64,000 nt of DNA from Nemertoderma westbladi (Eukaryota; Animalia; Xenacoelomorpha). Made by a program: the position numbers and the translations under genes. The stretch spans positions 1 to 64,000 of the forward strand of contig JAUCBJ010001719.1 of the NCBI GenBank assembly GCA_032718475.1. The letters run 5' to 3'. Numbering within the stretch: position 1 is the stretch's first letter; the number at the start of each line of letters is the position of its first letter. This document shows, piece after piece, positions 49,741-61,251 of this stretch. The notes beneath the pieces are model-generated. The model ran no database searches and was not told the origin of the DNA. It saw only the letters and a list, made by a program, of their open reading frames with translations.

Positions 49741-51063
49741 TTATGCGATTATTCGCAACATTCATAACCCCAAGTTTATTCCTACAGTAATTGTGCTTGT
49801 TATACATACCGTTATAGTTAAATTAACCCCGGTACTACATCAGGGCTGCTTGGCATAGGTAAAGACTGGTGATTTTGTGCCCCGGTCACTCCAGCAGATG
49901 CCATGGTTCTTTTAGCTGTTCAAGTATTTTTAACTACTGATAATTTGTTGTACAAGTACTTGTACCTAATTTAGGGTTTAGTGTACAGTGCTTTCCGAAG
50001 GTAATTAGCGTGTAGGCAGTATATTTGTGTTGTAAAGTGGTTAATAGGCACGTTGGTTCTGGTAGACCGCGGTAATTAACTTCTAGGTAGGAACACTCCG
50101 TGATACATAACCTAGTACTTATAGCGATACGGCTATAAGTCGTCAGACGGTGGTATTTTTCCTATCTGGACAACGCAGTATATTTACTACTACTTATTAT
50201 TTTCAAATGCCATAGTACTCTGTCCGTTGTAATAACCAGATAATCTAACCCTTTGTTAGGCTGGTTTGTAGACTTCTTGTAAAATTACCCTAAAAATTCG
50301 TACGTGTAATTTTTGTGTTTATTTAGAGATTGTAATCTCACCCCGAATTGTATGTAATTTGTAGTATTAAGTAACTTAGGTAAATTAGAATTATTTGTTT
50401 TAGTGTCCAACAAGTAGCACTTCACTGAGAGCACACAGCTTCTGTGTGGTGACTCTTTCCCAGAAATAATAACATTTATTTCAAATATTGACAAAAACCC
50501 ATTAAAACGGGTATATATATTATAAATCAACTCAAACGATTTATAAATAGTAGGCCTGCCATACAACAACTAGGTCTCAATATCAGTTGGACTACTGCTC
50601 AAATAACGGTAATAAAGTAAGTTAAAGTAACCAAGTAACCCCTAAAATTCAGAAATTCAATTATTCTAAAATAATTGATATACCGGTATTTACAATAGGC
50701 TTATTATATTTATTTCTATAAATTTAGGCGGCAATTATTCCGGTATTCTGTAATTAATTCTAGTCCATAATTATACTTATATATACTATAAGTGTAAGCT
50801 GTATACCGGTATTCACGATAGGCCTATTATATATTTATATATATTTGTGCTGAAATTACATACCGGTATTCTGTGACAAACCTAGTCTGTAATAATACTT
50901 ATATATATTGTAAGTGTATACCGGTATTCTAATATATTATATATATATCACGTTACACTGAGTAACAGTATCGGTAATTAATTACTAGGCTAACAGTGAT
51001 ACTGAATTACTAGACTTGCTTAAACTGTAATATAGCAGTAGGCATTCAACTGTACAAACAAAC

Positions 51064-54000
51064 ATGTCTGACTCAAAACGGGCACTGTCAGATAGTCTTT
51101 TGAAAGGTGTTAGAATGAGTCTTCGACTTGGACAGTGTCTTGAAAGGATAGAAGACGGAAAAGAAGGGGAAAGAAAAGTAGCAGCGGCAGAAGCGGAAAG
51201 AAAAGCGGCAGAGGCAGTGGCAGAAGCAGAACAGAAGGCGTCTGAAGCGACTACCCAACTAGAGATTGAAAGCCTTCAGGCGAAACAAGATTACTTGAAA
51301 AAACAAACCAGAAGACAGGGATTTGCCCCCTCCGATGAGGGTGATGTAAGAGATCCTGAAAGTGGAGGTAATAAATCTCGTTCAAGCGGACGTAGAAGAA
51401 CGCCACACCGTCGGAGGTTGTCTGATTTCCCTCTTGGGGTGAGAGGGCGAATCTTGTATCATTCATTAGGTAATCTTGAACCCACAGACCAAATTATTAC
51501 AGTAGAAAGACTCCCTACTATAGTAGATGAGCCTGAAATAATTAGGGAGGTGGAGGTTGTCTGATTTCCCTCTTGGGGTGAGAGGGCGAATCTTGTATCA
51601 TTCATTAGGTAATCTTGAACCCACAGACCAAATTATTACAGTAGAAAGACTCCCTACTATAGTAGATAAGCCTGAAATAATTAGGCCTGTTCTCGAAGCC
51701 ACCCCTTCGGTGATAGAGACACCTGTACTCCCAGAACCTACCTCTAAATTCCCTTTGCACAGCACGAAACTACCTGTGCCCAGTAGGACTGTTCCCGAGT
51801 CCGAACCCATCCCGGACGCCGAGCGAGATATCAAGAATTTATCGCCCGTCGTCTCTCGCTTGCCCGCTACTACGTTGGCGACTCCCGCTTCGGCGGTCGA
51901 GTGGGTAGCTGAGGGACGACGGGCGATGGGTCTCCTGCTCGGGCAGCTGAGGGAACATTGTAAATGTTCCTCCCAGCAGGTCCGGGAGTTGGAAGGGACT
52001 GTTCAGCAGTTAAAGGGAGCAGTAAGAGAGGGTAGGTTAGCGTTGCAAGAAGTGCAGCAGAGTATCGCGTCAGAACGTGATAAGTTAGTAAATTTACAAA
52101 AGGGTATACCACCACCCTCTGTAACAATGTGTCAACCTGTTAGGTCTGAAGTATTTCATGCGCAAGGTGTGGAGCCTACACGCATCTATACTGCTAGTGA
52201 AGTAGAAACTCCTATAGTAAACCCTATTAAGGGTAATTATAAACCTGTTGACAGTGATATTCCATATAGACTTGATAATAATCCGCGAAATTTATATACC
52301 GATAACTCGATATTAAATAATACGATGGCCCAAGAAAGTTTTACGCGTCAAATGGCTAGAACCGAAGCCCGTCAAGCGGTAAAGATGGGAGAGATCGTCA
52401 AGTTCAATGGAGATGAGATGAAATGGTTACCTTTTAATGAATATTACAAAGATAACATACATAACTCCGTGTTATCTAACGGAGAAAAGCTTAGATTCCT
52501 CATCGAGTGCTTGGAAGGATCTCCCAAGTTAATGGCGTTAAAGTTTATTGGACATCCAGATGGATTAAGACAAGTTTGGGATACATTAAACATCAGGTAT
52601 GGTAATAGGAATAACATAGCTAGGTATTTGTATGCAAGATTAATGGCGCCCCGAAAGTTTCTTAGCAGCGGGATTATAGAGTTTTCCGACGAGATTCAGG
52701 AGATCTGTAGACAGCTAGATTGGTTAGGTAAGTCTCGTGAATACCAGAATTCTATGGTTGTAGGAGCCTTAGCATCTACTTTGCCCAAGGGTGGAGTAGG
52801 TATACGCTGGGACAAGAAAGTGTTATATATGATGGAACAACAATGAAGAGACCCTACCATGGCTGATCTCATGTCATTCTTAGATGGAGAGGTAAAATTA
52901 CAGCTTCTAAAACAGTCCAGAGAGAAGACACCGGAAAATAAGGTAAGTGAGAAACCCGTTTCTAGGAGAAAGGTAATACCAGTGTGTTATACAGACGACG
53001 GCGAAAGCCAGGCTTCTCAAGAGGAAGACAGCGGGAAAGACACTGAAAGATCTTACTATGACAACACAACGCCTAAGGACGTAAGTAAATTCAAGTCTCG
53101 AACCAATGACAGGAGAGAACAGGTAAGAAAAACTCCTCCCACGTCTCCTAAAAGAATTCACGGAAGAAAGCCCGAGGAAAGAACGAGCGTGCACCACACA
53201 GCACATGTTAAAGTAAGTAACATCAAGCCCAAATGTGTGTTGTGCGACGGGCCCCACCGTTTAAATGTGTGTAATGAATTCCTAAAGAAATCATTAAAGG
53301 ATAGACGTGAAGTCATGTGGGATAAGCGGTTGTGTTATAATTGTCTCAGACGAGGACACCAATGGCGAACCTGTTACTCCGACGCAAGGTGTGCGAAGTG
53401 CGGCGCGAAACATCATATTTTGTTGCACAGCGAATTCGAAAGAAACAGCCTGAGTCAGGTAAGTGAGTCCGAACTACATGTCCAATTCAGTGATGTGAAC
53501 GACACTGACCAAAGTTCTGAGATGGAAGGATTCTATACGGACGAATTCTCCGACCAAAGTTCTGAAATGGAAGGATTCTATACGGACGAATTCTCAGACG
53601 AAAACGAATCCTGTTACTTAATAAATTCCGCAGTGTATCGAGCACTTACGTATGAGAAGGAAACCGACAGTGAGCTCCCCCTAACTACTTCTGATCGACA
53701 ACCATCTTGGAAAGCGCCAACTTCCAATGTAGGAATCCGAGAATTTCCTGTAGTACAGTTAAGGGTCCACGGACCTAAAAGGAGTTATATAGTGAATGCC
53801 CTCCTTGACTCCGGTAGCACAGGAACATTCATCGACAAAGAACTAGCCGAGGACATCTTTGCTGGACAACCCAAGTTCCGAACTAAGTTAAACATGTCAG
53901 GAATTATGCAGGTTTGAAAATCTACATTAATAGCGGATTATTATGTAGGTGCGTTGTCCACCCCCCAGGATGGACTAGGAGAACACAGCATAAGGTCAGT

Positions 54001-54708
54001 AAAAATGGTGGCGATAAAGAACTTCGCTACCAGCCAAGTAGAACCTTATAACTGGGATGAGGACGATTCCACCCAGCAGCTTAATATACCTAGATTCAAC
54101 ACAGATTACCCTGGAGTGCAAATACTCATCGGCCAAAATGCGCATGAGGCGCTTGAGACATTGGAGAAACGGCCTGCTCAACCGCAACCGCTACAAGCCT
54201 ATGCGGGAAGAACTAGAGTAGGTTGGTACCTTACTGGCCCTTCCCGTAGAACTCTCATAGAAAGGTCACCAAAAGAACGGGTATACCAAGTAAGCGAATG
54301 GGAAGCGGAGAGCAGTGAGGTAGACGACCCAACTGAGGGAACACCATACTCCTCAGATAATGACGATATTAACTCCAATGTAGATCAATGGAGACATTGC
54401 CCCGAGACGATTAATCTAGCCGGCATCGCTTACAGAGGAGCAACTCCTTAAGAACTGACAGATACTCCAGACCAGTTAGGTGGACCCGACTTCCTAAATA
54501 AAGAAGATGAATGGCCTCCTCATCTTACCCCGGCGAAGATTAGACAGGCCAAGGGAGCGGAGAAAGTAACACAACCACTCAATCGCCCAGCTGGTCGTTT
54601 ATGTTTACTGGAAAGAGACCGAAAACTGTCCGGAAACTATGGAAGGCAAGATACTCTTCCCACGACCACCTCCCTAATCCAACAAATATCTAGGGACACC
54701 ATAACGTA
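51064..54708 (+). pseudogene. gag: gag-protease of C plus pol remnants
   Basis: ATG at 51064; three Cys/His knuckles (CVLCDGPHRLNVC, CYNCLRRGHQWRTC, CAKCGAKHHILLH); ALLDSGST; stops at 52844 and 53915; internal duplications; deletion junctions at ~54375 and ~54567. Confidence 0.92.
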
Positions 54709-55233
54709 ACAACATACGGAGTGGGTGTGTGACTATATTATTTTATATTTATTTTTATTATTTTATATTATGTATGTATTATTGTGTAATTTTATTATAA
54801 TCGTTTTCTTTAATTTCATTTAGTAGAATGTTATTTTAGCGATTATTTAGTAGATTAGTGCAATATATTAGCGTTTATTACTTAATTACCTGTATATTAT
54901 ATATTTAGTGCGACGGCGAGAAATAATTCTTTTTCTCATTCCTTACTGTCCGTATTACATTATAAATACGTGACTACAGTAAGATGAAATCTCCGTACTT
55001 ATTAAAGTACAATAAAGCTCCTACTATATTTAAGTATTATTGGTAGGCAGAGTATTAGGAATGCAAAGTTCAGATCCTCGTGTCTCGGCTAAACCAAGCT
55101 CTGGGTAGACCTTGGAAACGACTTGCCTCTTCACACTGACATTGCTTCGTGCGATATTGCTCTCATACCGTATATTAAATAATACATATAGTAGCGTGAT
55201 GTCCCTTTAACAGTAGCGTAAAACGCAAAATAA

Positions 55234-55533
55234 ATCTGTTAAACCCTTTGACCATCTGCAATTCTAGTCGATTAAGATATCGCGGCACCCACCGATATAC
55301 TTGAAAGACAAAATTCTAGAATCAGTGGTTAACGTCCCCAGACAAGTTCTGGAATAAACTGGTGCCCATCCTAAATATTAATTATTAATATTTACAAAAT
55401 CTGTCAAATTTTAGATCCTTTAAAATTCTAGTCGATTAAGATATCGTAGCACTTACCGATACTCTTAAAAGGACACATCCCTAGAATCAAGGATCCCAGT
55501 CCCCAGACTTGTTCTGGAATAAAATTGTGTCTG
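55234..55533 (+). ncRNA. Two tandem copies of the ~135-nt structured RNA motif (element C)
   Basis: Same pairings as 13141-13531; the spacer between copies is shorter. Confidence 0.65.
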
Positions 55534-56351
55534 TTTAATATTAAATAATAAAATTACGGGAATAAATTTAAATTCATCTTTTAATGAATTTGATAAATTG
55601 TTATTTTATACAATTTATAATATTCCCAAAATCCCATTAATTAATAGATCATGGGAGCGGAGATTCACCTATTAAGTGTATTAGTGCGCGAGAATCTCCA
55701 ATATAGAGTCAATAGCCGATAAAATTCATAAAATCATATATAAAGATGATATTGACCATTAAAGACTTACTATTAAATAGCATCCCAGATCTGTATGCAT
55801 GGGAATTACCCTAATTCTACCGCTAGCTTTCCATAATGTCACCATAGCAACAACCACGCTAGAATTAGAAGCGAGTTAACAGAACAATAAAAAGCTTGCT
55901 CATTGACTAGCATACGGAATAAATAGCACACCGCTAGTATCCAAGGATACATAATAACAACATGACATTCTGGAAGGCACTTGACTAACGGACAAATGAC
56001 CCGAATGTGTGATAGAATGTGTACCATTTGTGACAGTTACGTGGAATTTGTGCGTTTGTAGGTGAATGTTACTACTAAGGTGTGTTTACAGTAGCGATTC
56101 GCAATTGTGAAAGTAGCCCTAACTCTCCAGTAAGAACCTGAAGTATATCTAAGCCTTTGGGACGGACAGTGGAGTGACTCGTGCTGGTTGTTGTAGTCGT
56201 TGTGCAGCTACGAAGTTGGCGATAGGCACATCGGCGAAAGTACACCAGCGCTGAGGATCTCGCACTGTCCGGGGGCAGAGAGGGGTAGGCAGCGACACCC
56301 GCTCGCCTAAATATAAACTCATTATAATATGGATAAACTTATATAGCAGAT

Positions 56352-57872
56352 ATGATTGAGTTGATAGAAGATGATCTTGGTATCAGGGAGCGATATACTC
56401 TACCTTTACAAGCGTTTGTTGAAAGCTTGATACGCTGCGACGCTGGTCCAACTACTACGGAGGACGATGGTCGTTATATCTAACCGCCAATGTCCCGGGA
56501 GCAACTTGCGTGTGGGTTGGACTGTAGAAAATTCACCGCTCGCTATACGCATCGTAATGGTACGTATATGGACTTCTTAACTACTGGTCATCCTATCGAC
56601 CTACACGATACGAACGATATAGACACCAAAAGGGAAATGGTTTATTTAAATATCATACCCAGCGGAAGCGGAACGATAAACTGAGACTCGAACACGAAAA
56701 TTCTATTCGAAACCGACTCGAAAGTGCAGATGTTGAAGAGCCGGATAAACGCAGCGACTTCACCAAAATATCTGGAATTCTTGAGAGAAACATATCTCGA
56801 TATTACCAGTCAACAGAATCTAGAAACTCGATATCCTCAAGGTATACATCATGACCGCATGGTAGAACTCAAACGGCTCTATTCCACTATGATGTATCTT
56901 ACCGCCGATCGATCGCTACCTGTTGTACCGGATAGCTTCGAACAGATGGAGGAATATTGTAAGCTGGAGAAAGATCACTCGCGTTTCCCCTACAAGACGT
57001 GCGTCTTTGGTATTATTGCGATGAATGCCCTAGACCCAACCAACAAACGGAAAGACCTAAACATCCGCGGAGACGTTGCACTAAACACGGTTTTACTCGC
57101 TATACTGGCGGGAGTTTCGAGCGAAATTTGTTTGACGTATCACCTACGCTCGTTCGACTCAGACGATCCTTAAATAAACCAATGATCAGAGTTTCGGAAT
57201 ACTCGATCAGACCTCCTCATTCCCTAGTGAGACCTCAGACTCTTGATCCTATTAGTATGACGGATCCTCCCGAGCTGTACTCACTGTTCAAAGATCTAGT
57301 GTTACCTGAACAATTAGTCGGTGGCACCCCGGTTGTGGGCTTCCTAGATATTAGCCCATCCTACCTAGCCGGATTGGGACGCGGACATTTAATATCACCG
57401 TTTAACCCTTACCATCGTCCCGGCTTAACACGATATAACCTGTCACCAAAGTGGCGGAGAGCGTTGTACCCAATGAGTTGGACGCTATTCTACAAAGATC
57501 AGAAAAGAACTTACGCTTGTTCAGATAAACGTAAATTGCACTAGCAAGTCCAAGCCGTAAACAAAGTAACTTTATCTCAGTTCGATTGGGAAATCCAGAA
57601 TCTCTAAGAAGTTATCGAACTTGGACGACCCTATTCTCTGCGAGAGTTTTGGATGAACGTATCCAGCTACAAGCGGAGGAAAATCAGCTCGAGGAGAAGC
57701 ATATCGAAACGGCGGATACCCCAACCATAATCCTACACCTTCTGATACAATCATATTGCACCCTTCACCCAGGAGTTATAGCCCTCCTAGTAAAGTGGCT
57801 CCCCCCAAAGAGAAAAGGACTCTTGCTAGCTCTAAAAAACTGCGTAAACGCCGTCCACGCAAGACAGACTAA
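56352..57872 (+). pseudogene. 3' accessory ORF of C (frameshifted)
   Basis: Collinear with B 17774-19325; retains the ELKRLYSTMMYL block shared with element A. Confidence 0.78.
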
Positions 57873-57950
57873 CTGTTTAGAGTATTTTTATATTTTAGAA
57901 ACTGTGATTTTTTATATTTTATAGAATTAAATCCCATTTTCTGGGAGCGG

Positions 57951-59101
57951 TGTAAAAGCTTTTGTGGGATATAACTGGCCCTTTTGCTTCGCAATCCAGT
58001 TTCCCTTAATGCGCTCAAATACTCTAAAGAAAAACTCCCTAACTCAAATGATGCAAGCTACCGGCTGATTGGCTGATTTGCTGTACGTATGGCCTCTTTG
58101 TTCTGTTCGATCAACCAACCAGAGCAAGGTCAACCAAGCAGAGTGATTCATCCTGTGTGTTGGCCAAGGGCTGCAAAAACCCGAATAGTTCGGCATTTAG
58201 ACATTCGTGGAATCTGTGGAATATGGAGCTCTGCCAATGAGAGCTTTTCCTCTTTGTGCTGAAAGCTACCTGCAACAGCTCACAGGGTTCAGTGTGTTGG
58301 TTTTTCCAGAGCCTAGAACATCGGCTATGGAGTTATTCTGAATTATTCCAACATTAGAACGACTTTAATTATAAGAACACATAACTGTTACCGTACGGTA
58401 CCTACTGCTGTATTGCACATTATTTACTGCGATTTACTGTTTGTTATTAATTGTATCAGTTGTTTACATATTGTTATTTGGAGAATAACGATAAACGATC
58501 AGAAACCCCGATCTTCTTGATACACTAAGGTTAGAGAGACCGGTTACATATAGCAATTGCGACTTATATTATCGTGGTTTGTAGTGAATTGAATGCTATT
58601 TTATAGGCCCTACAAATGTCGGTTGCTATTCTCTTTATATATGATTAAAATCATTGACTATCGGCAATTCAGTGTGCAGCGGTGTGCAATAGTCTGTATG
58701 TGCTTGTCCGTGTAACAAAGCATCTCCTAAAGAATGCGCCTTATGTGTAACTTATAATCCATTCCGTTGTGTTTAGTGTAAGCCATAGCTCTGTTTATAT
58801 AGATAGAGCGCCACGTCCTAAAGGAACTGCTAATATTTCCCGAAAGTGAATGATATTTGTCAGAGATTATATATTAACGATCAATCGAATAGTACGGTAG
58901 GCCTGCACCGCAATCAAATTAAAGCATCCGAATCCAGTCTCCCGGGTATATCCAGCGGGTGAATGGTCGTGCATAGACTGGCTTCGGCTAATGTTGGATT
59001 TATTTGTGTCAAATACTTGTCATAGGCTAAAGTCGATTTATAACCTAGAAGACATATAGATTTGGCGGGTTAAACTGCCAAAGGTCTTAAAAGCGCGAAC
59101 A
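57951..59101 (+). repeat. 3' LTR of C
   Basis: Preceded by the PPT-position motif CTGGGAGCGG, followed by TSD CACTG. Confidence 0.96.
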
Positions 59102-59117
59102 CACTGATACGTTTCTA

Positions 59118-59823
59118 TGTCACATGACCCATGTCCTCGCCAGCCCATAAGATGCAATAGGGTCGAAACATAACTGTTTGGCCAACCAGCAGATCCGACC
59201 AATCAGGCACGAGCTATGGCTAATCAGATTTCAGAAAGTTCCGATCCCGATTTGCATAATGTCTGGCTATAAAAGGGCCTGTTTTGTCACTTTCCTCACC
59301 TTCTTGCACCTTCACCCTCTGCTTGCGAAAGCCCCTGACTTTTACAACAGTTAAAGTTCTTATATTTTTAGCAGCATTTTTATCTGTAAATAGTATTTCT
59401 GTATTTCTGCAATTTCTGTGATATATTTTAACTTCTAACTCATTCTAATGATATAATAATGTTCCGGAAGTTCTCAGAGATCTCTAATTGTTTTACCTCA
59501 ACTTCCCTTCCCAGATACAGTTCACTTCATTGAACACTTCAACGGGAGGTGTCGAATAGCCGTCTCACTTGGTAATACCCGACGGAACAGGTGCAGTCTC
59601 ACTCTCTCTCTCTCTCGCTCTCTCTCTCTCTCACAACTCTGCGCCGTTCCTCACAGCTGTACGTAGCCTATGTAAAGGGCCTTGTTTAATAAACCAATGA
59701 AGTTAACAGCCTGATTTGTTACTGTCATGTAATCGTTAGTATCAACCTTTAGTTTAGAAGTGTATCTGAATACAGGTGACTGTAGTCACAGGGCTTCCAC
59801 CGACAGGGGTGTCTTCACGTACA
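59118..59823 (+). mobile_element. Possible solo LTR of another family
   Basis: TGT...ACA ends, CCAAT, TATAAAA (~59268), (CT)n, AATAAA (~59688); no convincing TSD. Confidence 0.35.
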
Positions 59824-60419
59824 GTATGTGTGTATTATTTAGAAAATAAAGCATTAAAAACACACGGGTGATGATTTTTTTTTAATATATTTAGAAAACA
59901 ATAAAATAATTATCTGAAATGTCGATGATATAGGAAATGGCCGGTCATTAATAGAAATTGCTATTGCTATGCAGCATTAGCTAAAGGCCCGTTAACACTC
60001 ACCGGTGCGAGAGCTGTTCACTACCGTTGACAGGTAGTTTAGGCCCACTGGAATACCGCAGAGTCGTTCACACTCAGCGGTGTACCGCTGGCCCTGCGGT
60101 ACACCGCGCGGTGAACCGTTCCTTTGGATGTAAACAGGCCTTAAGTCAAGCCAATTCAAATGGTATTTACGTGTGGTATTTTCGCGAGCCAAATATTGGC
60201 CATATGGTAAATAGCTGTAATGCAATTGCTAATAATAGCGATTGCTAGTTTTCTAATGGAAGAATGTTGTTTGCAAACCTCAATATTATGCATTACCGAT
60301 ATTCATACAACCACTATGTGTTATATATTATATAATATATGAAATAATAAACAAATTACTATTGCTAATCTACACGTTTCGGAATGGCGCCAATAGGATT
60401 AACTAATTGCCAATTATAT

Positions 60420-61251
60420 TTACGGTGCTAGAATGCTAAGGCTGTAATCTATAACTCCATCGTCGTAAACGGCTTCCCACGTGGTCTGAACTCTCGCTGT
60501 CTCCAACAACTTCACCCACTGATCTCTTGTCCATTTCGATGTAGTATTTATTTCCCCCAATCGAACTGTATTTCCCTTACGAAAACCTATCTCAAGGCCT
60601 ATGTTACTGAAATGGACATCAATATCTTTTTTAACTACGAAATATGTAGAGACATAGTTCAACTCCGATGTTTCAACAAACTTTACTTTTCTTTCGAAGT
60701 TGCGAGTGTCTAAGTCGCACCCAAACTCTTCATTTAGTCTGTTAACCCAGTTGTATGTGAACCTTTAATCCGCCCCCCCTTTCTCCCCGTAAGCCTCGAG
60801 TAGTCGTTTTTCGGATTGGGTTTTATCCGCTCCAATCAGCATCCGACCCCCGGTACCGATATTATGAAACATTCGGGAAATAAACTCACCCTGATCGCGA
60901 TACTTTAAACCACCTAGAGAACTCCCAAGAAACATAACTAAACTCATCAGCGGGCGAGACATCACGGAGACTATTCGTCCATACTCCTTCAAACACGAGG
61001 AATATTCTCCTTGGATCGTAGATATTTGAAAATTTTTATCGCCGTACTTGTTGAGCAAATATGCTTTCCCATCATCCAATGCATCATGACTGATGTCCAA
61101 CGTTGTAAAAGCCTTTGCTGAATTGCCCCGTTATTTTTATTATCTTTTACATTAAAATACTCTGTAGTTGATTTAATAAGTGTAAGAGACCGTATTATTG
61201 CTGTATCGGTGTTTTTAGAGGATCTAAGACCTATTTCCTCCGTATGTGTAC
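60420..61251 (-). pseudogene. egtD: EgtD-like histidine N-alpha-methyltransferase (Methyltransf_33 family), intronless, one in-frame stop, one frameshift, cut by element D
   Basis: LDISHDAL, MFLGSSLGGL, LIGADKTQSEKRLLEAYG..GGAD*RFTYNWVNRLNEEFGCDLD..NF and FRKGNTVRL...SKWT follow the EgtD pattern; the two track ORFs are in one frame separated by TAA at 60765-60767. Confidence 0.78.

Larger units (their letters stand above)
47630..59101 (+). mobile_element. BEL/Pao LTR retrotransposon C, complete insertion, non-autonomous (RT, most of RNase H and integrase deleted)
   Basis: Two 1151-bp LTRs (TG...CA); 5-bp TSD CACTG at 47625-47629 and 59102-59106. Confidence 0.96.

Noticed and set aside
56352-57872. 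env gene call for the 3' ORF
   Set aside because: No signal peptide, transmembrane segment or glycoprotein-like cysteine pattern in any copy.
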